Assembly (NCBI GenBank): GCA_020057405.1
Contig: JAGVFW010000011.1
Coordinates: 36,344-100,343, forward strand
Source of the DNA: an archaeon
GTDB lineage: Archaea > Micrarchaeota > Micrarchaeia > Norongarragalinales > UBA97
DNA length: 64,000 nucleotides
Reading direction: 5' to 3'
Shown here piece by piece: positions 16,344 to 25,754 of the stretch. The position numbers and the translations under genes were made by a program. The notes beneath the pieces were generated by a model that was not told the DNA's origin, made no database searches, and saw only the letters and a list, made by a program, of their open reading frames with translations. How positions within the stretch are numbered: position 1 is the stretch's first letter; each line of letters opens with the position of its first letter.

Positions 16344-17210
16344 GTGGTTCATTTGAAGAAATTAGTTTTGGCAGTGCTCTTCTTGGGCATCGTAGCAGGA
16401 ATGGCATCGGCAGCAACGCTGACGATACGGCCCGATGGCCAGGGATTTTACTCGGCGTGGACTAACGTCGGATGCAGTTCCGGCTCAAGCGAATGGCAGT
16501 GCGTTGACGAGTCGTCTGCAAACACTAGCGACTACCTGAAGGCAACGAATACGGCAAAGGAAAGCTTTTCCTTCGGCAGCACCGGCCTATCGACTGAAAC
16601 AGTCAACAGCGTCACAATCTACTACTACGCGAAGTGGAACCTGAAGACTGCAGACTCGTGCTTTGACGCGATGATTCGCGCAAGCAGCACCGACTACGCC
16701 GGGAACAACTTCTGCACGAACGGAACTTGGCTGTACTACTCGCAGACGTACTCCACCAACCCGGCTACCGGCAGCGCGTGGACGATTGCAGAAGTCAACG
16801 CGCTTGAGGCTGGCATGAAGGGCGGTGCAACAAATGGCGGCGGTTACGTAGCGCAAGTGTACGCAGTAGTTGATTACAATCCCCTCTTGTCCGACCTGTT
16901 CATCAACGGGTTGAACTTCTATGAATACGACAACAGCAACGGAACCGGCCAAGTCAGGGCGTTTGTCTGGGGCTACACCAAGAACGCTGGCGTCGCGAAT
17001 GCAAGTGCATCGACGACACAGATGTCGTACCTGTCAACCGATGACCAGTCGGTAGGCGTGCTTGCACCCGGAGTACAATCGTACTTCAGCCGCGACTACC
17101 TGTGCACTTCGGCGCACACATTCACCGCAACAGCCGACTTTTACGGCGCGGTGACGGAGAGCAACGAGGGCAACAACGCGGCCTCGGTCTACATCGACTG
17201 CGTAGTGTAG
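16344..17210 (+). CDS. Secreted protein with a C-terminal CARDB-like domain
   Basis: Signal peptide; TNPATGSAWT motif; ATAD....VTESNEGNN CARDB signature. Confidence 0.75.
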   Translation: MVHLKKLVLAVLFLGIVAGMASAATLTIRPDGQGFYSAWTNVGCSSGSSEWQCVDESSANTSDYLKATNTAKESFSFGSTGLSTETVNSVTIYYYAKWNLKTADSCFDAMIRASSTDYAGNNFCTNGTWLYYSQTYSTNPATGSAWTIAEVNALEAGMKGGATNGGGYVAQVYAVVDYNPLLSDLFINGLNFYEYDNSNGTGQVRAFVWGYTKNAGVANASASTTQMSYLSTDDQSVGVLAPGVQSYFSRDYLCTSAHTFTATADFYGAVTESNEGNNAASVYIDCVV

Positions 17211-17226
17211 AGTAAGAAAACACGCC

Positions 17227-17270
17227 AAAAAGGGGAAGACGAAAAATCCCCCTTTTTCCCTTCTTTTTTA
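17227..17270. terminator. Hairpin plus T-tract between convergent genes
   Basis: AAAAAGGGG...CCCCTTTTT followed by T runs. Confidence 0.55.
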
Positions 17271-17272
17271 TT

Positions 17273-17608
17273 TTAAGTGACTTTAGTGCCAACGGGCACG
17301 TCGGCCTGCGGGCCGAGGAGCACGCAAGTGCTGCCGTCATCGCTTTCGGCGCAGAGCAGCATTCCCTGCGATTCCTCGCCAGCGAATTTTGCGGGCTTGA
17401 GGTTGGCGAAAACGACGACTTTTTTGCCGACGAGTTCTTCGGCAGTGTAGTAGGGAACTAATGATGAGACGATTTGGCGGACTTCGCCTTCGCCCATTGC
17501 GACTTTGAGCTTGTAGAGCTTTTCAGTGCGGGGCACTTTCTCGGCTGACAAAATCTCGCCAATCAGAAGCTCCAGCTTCCCCCAATCGGTAAGAACAGCT
17601 TGCTCCAT
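17273..17608 (-). CDS. tRNA-binding protein (Trbp111/CsaA/MetRS C-terminal-like)
   Basis: KLYKLKV..G...RQIVS, NLKPAKFAGEESQGMLL. Confidence 0.9.
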   Translation of the reverse strand: MEQAVLTDWGKLELLIGEILSAEKVPRTEKLYKLKVAMGEGEVRQIVSSLVPYYTAEELVGKKVVVFANLKPAKFAGEESQGMLLCAESDDGSTCVLLGPQADVPVGTKVT

Positions 17609-17611
17609 GCC

Positions 17612-17824
17612 CTAAAGCCCGAGTGCGCGCAGCACGACGCCGAACGCTATTGCCAAAAGAACGGCTACTAGGAGGAGGTTGATGTAGGAAAGTGCCTTGA
17701 GTTCGAAGAGTTTTGACTCCATTGTCTCCTCTACGCGCTTGTCAAAATCATGGAATGCCTGGAGCTCGGAATCGAGCGATTCGAGCATTCGCGCGATGTC
17801 TTCGTTGTTGGTTCGTTTTGCCAT
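17612..17824 (-). CDS. Small coiled-coil protein with a C-terminal TM helix
   Basis: ATG at 17824; hydrophobic C-terminus. Confidence 0.6.
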   Translation of the reverse strand: MAKRTNNEDIARMLESLDSELQAFHDFDKRVEETMESKLFELKALSYINLLLVAVLLAIAFGVVLRALGL

Positions 17825-17900
17825 GGCAAGCCACTTCCGATAATTCCTTATGGTTAAAAGCAGCACTTGATTTAAACAGTTTCCGTAAGGTGTGGTTTCA

Positions 17901-20900
17901 ATGGAAGTAGCGCAACAGAGGCTTATTAGCAGCGAGCTGGTGCTGCGGTTCGACAAGTTTTTCTCGCAGGAGAGCCAAAAGCGGCGGCTTGAAATCGTTG
18001 CCTCAAAGTACCCGCAGGTAAAGAGCGCCGATGTCGACCTTGACGACGTCTACAAGTTTGACCACGACTTGGCGGACGAAATCCTTGAGCAGCCTGACGT
18101 TTACCGCGAGGCCGCGGAAGAGGCGGTGCGCAGGATGGGCGTGGCGTCAGTGCAGGAAAACGAGTTTTCGCCCCACGTGCGCTTCTTCAACACGCCTGAC
18201 GTGCCAAAATTCCGGCCCATGGTGCTTGAGCTCGGCGCAGACCACCTAAACCGCCTTATTTCGATTGATGGCACGGTCAGCTCAATTGGCGACATCAAGC
18301 CGCACTTGAAGCGGGCGGTGTGGCGCTGCAAGTTCTGCGAAGCCACTACCGAAACTTTTCCCGACAAGACTGAACCGGTCCAGCCGCCGTTCTTTTGCGA
18401 GAGCTGCACGCGCAAGGACGGGAAGGCCAACTTCGAGCTTGACGAGAAGGCAAGCTGGCTTGTCAACAAGCAGCGGTCTGAAATCCAGGACGCAGTCGAG
18501 CGCCTGCGCGGCAACGTCCCGGCAGTGCACGTCGAACTGTGGCTTGAGGACGACCTCACCAACAGGATTGCGCCAGGCGATAAAGTCATCCTTAGCGGCA
18601 TCCTGAGGCTAAAGCCCCTGACGCAAGGCCGCGGGAAGAGCAGCGTTTACGGCAAGTTTTTCGAAGTCATGCACGTTCACGAGCGTGAACTTGAATTCGA
18701 GGAAATCGAGATTACAAGAGAGGATGAGGTCGAAATCCTCAAGCTTGGCCGGGACCCCAAGCTGTTTGAGAAAATCGTCGCGAGCATCGCACCCAGCCTC
18801 TACGGTTACACTGAACTAAAGCAGTCGATTGCGCTGCAGCTATTCGGAGGCACGCCCGGAAAAGTGCTTCCTGACGGGGAGCGCATCCGAAGTGATATGC
18901 ATATTTTAATGATCGGTGATCCGGGTTGTCTCGTGGCCGATGAGCGGGTTGCACTAGGAAACGGCGCAATCGCTAAGATGGGAGAGCTTGGAACCAAACA
19001 CTTGCAGGAAATAAACGTGTCCGTGCTTACTGGCGAGGGGGGAAGGAAACGGGATGTCGCAACCGTCTTCCACAAGTACCCTAACCAGCCGGTCATGGAA
19101 GTAATTACAGAAAGCGGCAAAAGCATCAGGGGAACTCACAACCACCCGCTATTGTGCGTAGAAGGCGATTACGGAAGGATACAAAGAAATTGGAAGCGCC
19201 TTGATGAACTCAAAGTCGGGGACAAACTGGCGGCAGTAACGTCAATCCCCTGTACGATTACCGCACCGGTCGCTACCGGATTCAAGCCTCTAGCCTACAA
19301 GGGGGGACCCAAGTTCAGCGGAAAGCTGCCGGCCCGCTTCACGCCCGACCTGGCCGCACTGTCGGGCTATTTCCTTGGCGACGGCTGGGCAACTGAAACT
19401 GAAGTCGGATTCGTAGTGGCCGAACCGGAGAAAGACATCATACCCGAGCTTGAGCGCAAGTGCGTAAAGCTTTTTGGCATTAGTCCCAAGAAAGTGTCGC
19501 ACAAGCTCGCTAAAGGCAGAACGGTTCCACTCCACTACTTCGGGCTATACTCGAAAGATATTGCGAATAACTTAAAGTTCCTTCGGGAAAAGCGCGTGCC
19601 GGCACTGGTCCTCGCGTCGGGAAATAGGGTATTGGCGGAATTCCTAAAATGGCTCTTTGAAGCTGACGGCACGGTCTTCGACAAGGGCAGGGGCAGGCGG
19701 GTCGTCGGGCTAAAGGCCAAGAATATCGAACTATTGCGGGACGTTCAGATGCTCCTACTTAGGTTTGCAATCCACTCGCGAATCGACGGCAACGCGCTTT
19801 TGATACGCCGGGGGAATGACATCATTAAGTTTACAAAGAAAATCGGCTTCGCATCGCAAAAGAAGAGGAAAAAACTCGAAAGCCTCGCCGCCAAAGCCAA
19901 AGGATTCGCGAGGACAAAGGGGCAGCGGGTTGAAAAAATCGTCAAAATCATCCGACACCCCCCCGAAGACGTCTTCGACGTCGAAGTGCCAAAGGGCCAC
20001 CGCTTCATCGCAAACGGCATTATCTCCCACAATACGGGCAAGTCAACTATGCTTGAGTACGTTTCCAACATTGCGCCCAAGAGCGTTGTTGTTAGCGGTG
20101 GCAGCTCGACTGGCGTCGGCCTCACGGCTGCTGCTGAAAAAGAGGAGGGCGGCGAGGGTTGGGTGCTTAAGGCGGGCGCCATGGTGCTCGCGAATGGCGG
20201 AATTGTCGCAATTGACGAGCTTGACAAGATGAATGAAAACGACAGGGGCGCAATGCACCAGGCGATGGAGCAGCAGTACATCAGCATTGCAAAGGCAGGC
20301 ATTGTCACTGAATTCCAGACCAAGACTGCAGTCTTGGCGGCTGCAAACCCAAAGCTCGGCAGGTTTGACCCCAACACGCCCCCCGCGCAGCAATTCAACA
20401 TTTCTCCGGCCCTGCTCTCGCGTTTCGACCTGATTTTCACCATGCGCGACGTGCTTGACGAAAGCCGGGACAAGGCAATGGCGAGCCACATTCTCGAGGG
20501 CCACAGGATTGCGGCCTCGAAGGAAGCCCCGCCGAAGTCAAGCATCACCGTCCCGCTAATTGAGCAGACTATTTTGCGAAAGTACATCGCTTACGCAAGG
20601 CGCCACTCAGCTCCAAAGCTCACGAAGGAAGCCTCGGAGAAAATCAGGGACTACTACGTGCAAATGCGCCGCATTGGACAGGAGCAGAATACTTTCCCGA
20701 TCACTGCGCGGCAAATTGAGGGCCTCATCCGCCTCTCGGAAGCTAGCGCGAAAATGCGTTTGTCGGCAACAGTTGACTTGCAGGACGCCCAGCGCGCGGT
20801 TGACTTGCAGAACTACGTGCTTAACGAAGTCTTCATCGACAGGGAGACCGGCAAGCTCGACAGCGACGTCGTCAATCTCGGACAGTCGAAGAACCGGCTT

Positions 20901-21104
20901 GACCGCGTGCGGACCGTGCTTAACATCATCCGCGACATCGAACGCGAGTACGACCTCGCTCCCATCGACGATGTCGTGAAGGAAGCGCGCAACTACAACA
21001 TCGACGAGTTCTACGCAAGGAACCTCATCGACGAGCTACTCCGCAAGGGCGAGCTCTACGGCCCCAAGGCGGGGTATGTGAAGAGCGCACGGCAAAGGGA
21101 ATAG
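17901..21104 (+). CDS. mcm: Replicative helicase MCM, intein-containing
   Basis: Zn finger CKFC/CESC, GDPG|TGKS, IDELDKM, AAANP, LLSRFDLIF, ITARQIEG. Confidence 0.96.
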   Translation: MEVAQQRLISSELVLRFDKFFSQESQKRRLEIVASKYPQVKSADVDLDDVYKFDHDLADEILEQPDVYREAAEEAVRRMGVASVQENEFSPHVRFFNTPDVPKFRPMVLELGADHLNRLISIDGTVSSIGDIKPHLKRAVWRCKFCEATTETFPDKTEPVQPPFFCESCTRKDGKANFELDEKASWLVNKQRSEIQDAVERLRGNVPAVHVELWLEDDLTNRIAPGDKVILSGILRLKPLTQGRGKSSVYGKFFEVMHVHERELEFEEIEITREDEVEILKLGRDPKLFEKIVASIAPSLYGYTELKQSIALQLFGGTPGKVLPDGERIRSDMHILMIGDPGCLVADERVALGNGAIAKMGELGTKHLQEINVSVLTGEGGRKRDVATVFHKYPNQPVMEVITESGKSIRGTHNHPLLCVEGDYGRIQRNWKRLDELKVGDKLAAVTSIPCTITAPVATGFKPLAYKGGPKFSGKLPARFTPDLAALSGYFLGDGWATETEVGFVVAEPEKDIIPELERKCVKLFGISPKKVSHKLAKGRTVPLHYFGLYSKDIANNLKFLREKRVPALVLASGNRVLAEFLKWLFEADGTVFDKGRGRRVVGLKAKNIELLRDVQMLLLRFAIHSRIDGNALLIRRGNDIIKFTKKIGFASQKKRKKLESLAAKAKGFARTKGQRVEKIVKIIRHPPEDVFDVEVPKGHRFIANGIISHNTGKSTMLEYVSNIAPKSVVVSGGSSTGVGLTAAAEKEEGGEGWVLKAGAMVLANGGIVAIDELDKMNENDRGAMHQAMEQQYISIAKAGIVTEFQTKTAVLAAANPKLGRFDPNTPPAQQFNISPALLSRFDLIFTMRDVLDESRDKAMASHILEGHRIAASKEAPPKSSITVPLIEQTILRKYIAYARRHSAPKLTKEASEKIRDYYVQMRRIGQEQNTFPITARQIEGLIRLSEASAKMRLSATVDLQDAQRAVDLQNYVLNEVFIDRETGKLDSDVVNLGQSKNRLDRVRTVLNIIRDIEREYDLAPIDDVVKEARNYNIDEFYARNLIDELLRKGELYGPKAGYVKSARQRE
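18927..20033 (+). mobile_element. Intein (369 aa) with LAGLIDADG homing endonuclease in MCM Walker A
   Basis: Begins CLVAD, block B THNHP, LAGLIDADG boxes LSGYFLGDG and FLKWLFEADG, ends FIANGIISHN followed by Thr+1. Confidence 0.95.
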
Positions 21105-21209
21105 TATAGCGCCTGAAAAATCCCTAGATTTCGCCAGCGTAGCGGCAAGGCCGGCAAGCCACTGCCGAACATATTTATAAGGCGAGTTGTATATACTTGT
21201 GGTGTTTAG

Positions 21210-21455
21210 GTGGGTAACGTGTTGATTTCACTCGATGAGAAGCACGAGCGCCTCTTGCGGCGGCTGGTAGAAGAGAAGCACCAGGGCCGCAGGGGAGCCA
21301 TTAGCGCAGTGGTAGCCGAAGGAATCGATGCAGTTGCGGAAAAGAGCCATAGACGGGCGGCGGCAAAACGCCTGATTGAAGGCATGCGCAAAGGCGTCGA
21401 CTTTGGCTTGAGGGGAAGGAAAGCTTACGAGAGCAGGGATGAGATTTATGACTGA
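21210..21455 (+). CDS. Antitoxin (RHH-like VapB)
   Basis: Small protein overlapping a PIN gene; C-terminal SRDEIYD typical of archaeal VapB; GTATATAC palindrome in the promoter. Confidence 0.75.
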   Translation: MGNVLISLDEKHERLLRRLVEEKHQGRRGAISAVVAEGIDAVAEKSHRRAAAKRLIEGMRKGVDFGLRGRKAYESRDEIYD

Positions 21456-21873
21456 AGGAACGGTTCTCGTAGATACGAATGTCCTCGCCTATGCTTATCA
21501 ATCATTTGACGACCGGCATGAGACTGCCGTCAATGTGCTCGACGAGTTGATTGAAAACGGGAGGGGCGCAGTTAGCGTCCAGAACTTGGCGGAATTCTCG
21601 CGCTTGGCAGTTGAAAAATTCCCGAAAACCATTTCCCACGAAGAAGCACGGGAAATTGTGTTGAATCTCTCTGCCAGCCTTGACGTCGTATCGTACCGGG
21701 CGCAGACTGTCTCTGAAGCCTTAAGACTATGCAGGACCTACAAGCTGCACTTTTTTGACGCGCTTCTTGCGGCCACGATGGAACAAGACGGAATCAGAAT
21801 TATAGTCACCGAAAACGAAAAAGACTTTAGGAAAATACCGTGGCTGAAGGTCGTCAACCCATTCAAGCCCTAA
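21448..21873 (+). CDS. vapC: PIN-domain toxin VapC
   Basis: LVDTNVL, QNLAEF, FFDALL, TENEKDF, VVNPF. Confidence 0.92.
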   Translation: MTEGTVLVDTNVLAYAYQSFDDRHETAVNVLDELIENGRGAVSVQNLAEFSRLAVEKFPKTISHEEAREIVLNLSASLDVVSYRAQTVSEALRLCRTYKLHFFDALLAATMEQDGIRIIVTENEKDFRKIPWLKVVNPFKP

Positions 21874-21960
21874 ACCGCAAAGCTCATTTTGGCAGTGAGG
21901 CCTATGTTTGCGGCCGCGGGCAAAGCGCTTTTAACCAAGCGGCAGCGAAAGTAACTTGCT

Positions 21961-22887
21961 ATGCGAAAAGTAGTATTGTTGATGATAGCGTCTTTCCTCT
22001 TTGTCCAGCTCTTGGCGCTCGCGGTTGGAAGCGAGTTCATCGCGCAAAAAATCAGCGTCGTAAAGGACTCGGCTGATAACAATAACGCGATTTTCTTCTT
22101 TGGCTACGTGCTCTTTAGCGCCGTTGTGCTCCTCCTCGTGCTAAGGTTCTACAGCGGCAACCTGTTGTTCGTCTTCCTTGAGTTCGTCCTCCTGTTCTTC
22201 TCAATGCAAATACTATTCTCCCTAGTTGTTGACAGCGAGCTGGTTGCCGCAGGCGCGGCGCTTTTAGTCACCCTCCTGCGCTTCAAGTTCCCCTACATTC
22301 GCGCGCTGCTTTTGCTATTGGCAAGCGCTGTTGTCGGGGCGCTTTTGGGCTCGAGCCTCGACATCGTGCCCGCAGTAATCCTAAGCGCGCTTCTGGCCGG
22401 CTATGACGTCATCGCGGTTTTCTACACCAAGCACATGGTGACCCTAGCTAAGGGGCTTAGCGCGCGGGGAGCGGCTTTTAGCATCCAAATCACTGCGGAA
22501 AAGAAAATCGAGGCGCGGACAAAGGCGGTCGTGCGGCCCGCGCTCAAGCTCCCAAAGGGCGACGCGGCGTACAGCCGTGGCATTGCGACTAAAGTTAGCG
22601 CGCCGACAACAGACCGCGAGCGCGATTCCGTAGAGACGATTGAGCTTGGCACGGGCGACTTAGTCATTCCTGCAATGCTTTTAGTCAGCGCACTCAAACT
22701 TGACGGGGTCGGAACTCTTCCGCTTCACGCCATCGCCGCCTTTGCAGGCAGCGTGTTAGGCATCGCCGGACTGTTTTGGGTGCTTGAACGCCAGAGGGGC
22801 TATTGGCCGGCGCTGCCGCCACTCGTTTTCGGCGCCCTACTCGGCCTAGCTGCACTTCAAGTGCTCATTGTCCTCAAGGTGGTTTAG
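21961..22887 (+). CDS. Presenilin-family intramembrane aspartyl protease (PSH)
   Basis: Multi-TM protein with YD, LGTGD and PALP motifs. Confidence 0.92.
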   Translation: MRKVVLLMIASFLFVQLLALAVGSEFIAQKISVVKDSADNNNAIFFFGYVLFSAVVLLLVLRFYSGNLLFVFLEFVLLFFSMQILFSLVVDSELVAAGAALLVTLLRFKFPYIRALLLLLASAVVGALLGSSLDIVPAVILSALLAGYDVIAVFYTKHMVTLAKGLSARGAAFSIQITAEKKIEARTKAVVRPALKLPKGDAAYSRGIATKVSAPTTDRERDSVETIELGTGDLVIPAMLLVSALKLDGVGTLPLHAIAAFAGSVLGIAGLFWVLERQRGYWPALPPLVFGALLGLAALQVLIVLKVV

Positions 22888-22890
22888 GGA

Positions 22891-23328
22891 ATGGACGGCG
22901 AAAGCGCGCCAATCCGCTCTGAGAAGCCGCACCGCGAAACGGCACGGCATGCACTCGTCTCCGAATTGCTTGAAGGAAGTTTTGTGAAGGGCAGTGCTGA
23001 GGGCGAAGCCAATTTTATAGAGAGTGAGGCCGGCCGGTTTGCCCGCGTCTGCATAATCGGCACGGTTGTTGAACGAAAGTCTACTGAAGATGGGCCTGAA
23101 CTTATTGTTGCTGACGCCACGGCCGAGATTTTAGTTCGGCCCGCCAACGATTTGGTCGCGTCTACGCTGCAAGGGCTTAATAAGGGCGCCGACGCTCTAC
23201 TAATTGGGAAAGTGCGTGAGACGCGCGAGCGGTTTTTGCTCGCCGAAATCGCGCGGCCGCTTGAGGACCCGAACTGGGAGGCCGCACATTTGCTCTCTGC
23301 CGCGCTCTCCAGGAAGAAATCGAAATGA
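22891..23328 (+). CDS. OB-fold protein (RPA2-like)
   Basis: RETA, RVCIIGTVV, DATAEI, IGKVRE pattern. Confidence 0.7.
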   Translation: MDGESAPIRSEKPHRETARHALVSELLEGSFVKGSAEGEANFIESEAGRFARVCIIGTVVERKSTEDGPELIVADATAEILVRPANDLVASTLQGLNKGADALLIGKVRETRERFLLAEIARPLEDPNWEAAHLLSAALSRKKSK

Positions 23329-23741
23329 CTGACCTGCTCACTTACGACACCCTCTTAACCGGCGTTTACGCCAAGCTGCCCAAGAAAAAAGCGCGCGCGG
23401 ACCGGTTTGAAATCCCGATTGCTGACTCCATAGTCATCGGCATCCGCACGACTATAAAGAATTTTGACGCAATCTGCGCCTACCTCCGCCGCCAGCCTGC
23501 TGACGTGGCCAAGTACTTTTTCAAGGAGCTCGCCGTGCCGGGCGTCATCGAGGGCCCGCGCCTGGTGCTTGCGGGCAAGTTTTCCAACCGCGCGATAAAC
23601 GAGCGGCTGGCTGGTTTTGTCCGCGAGCGCGTGCTGTGCAAGGAGTGCGGCAAGCCCGACACCGAACTTACGCAAATCGACCGCAACCTGTACTCGCTTA
23701 AGTGCGAGGCGTGCGGCGCAAAAGCGACGGTGCGCGTCTAA
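23325..23741 (+). CDS. eif2b: Translation initiation factor aIF-2 beta
   Basis: RFEIP, CKECGKPDT, CEACGA. Confidence 0.95.
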   Translation: MTDLLTYDTLLTGVYAKLPKKKARADRFEIPIADSIVIGIRTTIKNFDAICAYLRRQPADVAKYFFKELAVPGVIEGPRLVLAGKFSNRAINERLAGFVRERVLCKECGKPDTELTQIDRNLYSLKCEACGAKATVRV

Positions 23742-23779
23742 GAAAGTTAATTAACAAAGCGTGAGTGAGATTATATCCG

Positions 23780-24142
23780 ATGATTGCGAAAAAACCGTTT
23801 AAGAAGAAGCCCGCGTTCGTGCCGCGCATGCCATCAGGGGCGCCCATGACGCAGACGCAGATTGAGGAGCGCATCCGCACTCCAAAGCGCCACGAGGGAG
23901 AGATGTTCGCCATGGTAGTCGAGCAGAAGGGCGGTTCGCGCATGATTGTCCAGTGCGAGGACGGGAAAGAGCGCCTTGGCCGCATTCCTGGCCGCGTGAG
24001 AAAGCGTTTGTGGATAAAAGACGGCGATTACATCATCATCAAGCCCTGGGTAGTCGAGGCCGACGAGAAATGCGATTTGGAATACCGCTACACGCCAGTT
24101 CAGGCGGATTCCCTCAAGAGAAAGGGCATCATTCGCTTCTAG
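23780..24142 (+). CDS. eif1A: Translation initiation factor aIF-1A
   Basis: CEDGKERLGRIPGRVRKRLWIKDGD, KPW, YRY. Confidence 0.95.
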   Translation: MIAKKPFKKKPAFVPRMPSGAPMTQTQIEERIRTPKRHEGEMFAMVVEQKGGSRMIVQCEDGKERLGRIPGRVRKRLWIKDGDYIIIKPWVVEADEKCDLEYRYTPVQADSLKRKGIIRF

Positions 24143-24157
24143 CTTTAAAGTGAGTCA

Positions 24158-24922
24158 ATGTGCGCACTCAAGATAAGTAAACGCAAGCGCCCTGAACGCG
24201 AGGACAAGCCCCTAAAGGAACGGCTGAAAATCGCAGGGAAAGTGCTTGATGACCCGACTTTGATGGTGCTCGTCGGCTTCCTTAACGGGAAAGTCATCAA
24301 GAGCGTCGACTATCCCATCTCAAGCGGCAAGGAGGCGGTGGTTTTTCGCGCGACCACGCCAAAAGGCGAGTTTATTGCAGTCAAGGTATTCAAGTTCGAG
24401 ACTAGCGCATTCCGCCACATGAGCGAGTACATCGAGGGCGACCCGCGCTTTCGGCACGTCAAGCGCCAGAGGCGGCCGCTTATACGGGAATGGGCAAGCA
24501 AGGAGTTCGCCAACCTGCGAAAGGCGTTTGAGGCGGGCGTGCCGTGCCCCGAGCCCATGCGGCTAAAGCAAAACGTGGTGCTCATGGAGTTTATCGGCGA
24601 GGGCGGCAGGCCTTACGCATTGCTTAACGAAGTGGTGCTAAGCGAGCCGGAGCAAATCTTCCGCGGGCTGATGGCGGATGTGAAAAAACTCTACTCAATT
24701 GGTTTGGTGCACGGGGACTTAAGCCCGTATAACATCATGCTGCGAGTGCGGGACGGCCGCGAGCAGCCGGTAATCATCGACTGGGGCCAGGGAGTCCTCC
24801 TCGAGCATCCGCGGGCAAAAGAATTTCTCGAGCGCGATGTTCGCACCGTCTGCGAGTTCTTCAAAAAGCAGGGAGTCGAGTGCGACGAACAAACCGAACT
24901 GCAACGCATTTTAAAGCAATAG
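24158..24922 (+). CDS. rio1: RIO1 family serine kinase
   Basis: ISSGKEAVVF, KEFANL, VHGDLSPYN, IDWGQ. Confidence 0.95.
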   Translation: MCALKISKRKRPEREDKPLKERLKIAGKVLDDPTLMVLVGFLNGKVIKSVDYPISSGKEAVVFRATTPKGEFIAVKVFKFETSAFRHMSEYIEGDPRFRHVKRQRRPLIREWASKEFANLRKAFEAGVPCPEPMRLKQNVVLMEFIGEGGRPYALLNEVVLSEPEQIFRGLMADVKKLYSIGLVHGDLSPYNIMLRVRDGREQPVIIDWGQGVLLEHPRAKEFLERDVRTVCEFFKKQGVECDEQTELQRILKQ

Positions 24923-24939
24923 CCTCACATTACCAGAAT

Positions 24940-25671
24940 GTGGAAAGCGAACTGCTCAAACGCGGCAACTACCTGCTGAAGCGGGCTTCGGAAAACCCAA
25001 CGCCAAACCACTACTTTGCCGGCCAGGCGCTTTACTACTTCACCATGGCCAACTCTAGGGAAGGAGCCAAGCAAGCAATTGCCGTGCTCAAGCGAAACTT
25101 GGGCCGCACAGGCGACTTTCCGCAACTCAAGGGAAAACTGGAGAAAAACGCCCAGGCGGTCGAACTCGCCGAATTGCCGAAAAAACTGATGCGCTACTAC
25201 GACCTCTACGCAATCCATTTTGACAAGATTGCTGAAGCATCACGAAAACTAGTCATGTTTCCAGTTGAAAGCGAGAAACTCCAAGAACTGGAGCGGCTTG
25301 AAGGTTCAAGGCCAAAGCTAAATCAGCCGGCCTTTGAAATCCTGATGAGGCAAATTGAAGACCAGCAGGCCAGAAAACAAGGCTGGGACACCAAAGCAAC
25401 TTCAAGCGCACTCGCAAAGAGAGCGGAAACCAACGCGGACGCAGATGCAGTCGCCACTGCAACCAAGCTATTAATGGGCGAGCGGCTGGCCAGCGCACAA
25501 CAAATTGCCATGGAACTGCAGGCCAACGGCCTTCACTTTGATGACGCGAAACTGGTTGGCGATGCATTCATGAGCCTAATTGGCGACGGCAGGGCGCTAG
25601 TGCAAAACAGTGCCGCCCGGCTGCACGCCAGCCACCTATACCGCACGCTGCGTGGGGTAAAGGGCGGTTAG
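24940..25671 (+). CDS. Hypothetical protein (ORFan)
   Basis: Open frame between rio1 and the KH gene; start uncertain (GTG 24940). Confidence 0.65.
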   Translation: MESELLKRGNYLLKRASENPTPNHYFAGQALYYFTMANSREGAKQAIAVLKRNLGRTGDFPQLKGKLEKNAQAVELAELPKKLMRYYDLYAIHFDKIAEASRKLVMFPVESEKLQELERLEGSRPKLNQPAFEILMRQIEDQQARKQGWDTKATSSALAKRAETNADADAVATATKLLMGERLASAQQIAMELQANGLHFDDAKLVGDAFMSLIGDGRALVQNSAARLHASHLYRTLRGVKGG

Positions 25672-25754
25672 AGGGGCCTGAAACGCCATTTTTCGCTGTT
25701 TGGCCGATTGTGCGACGGGCAGGCTATTTAAGGCTTTAGAGGGTAACTAGTAGC

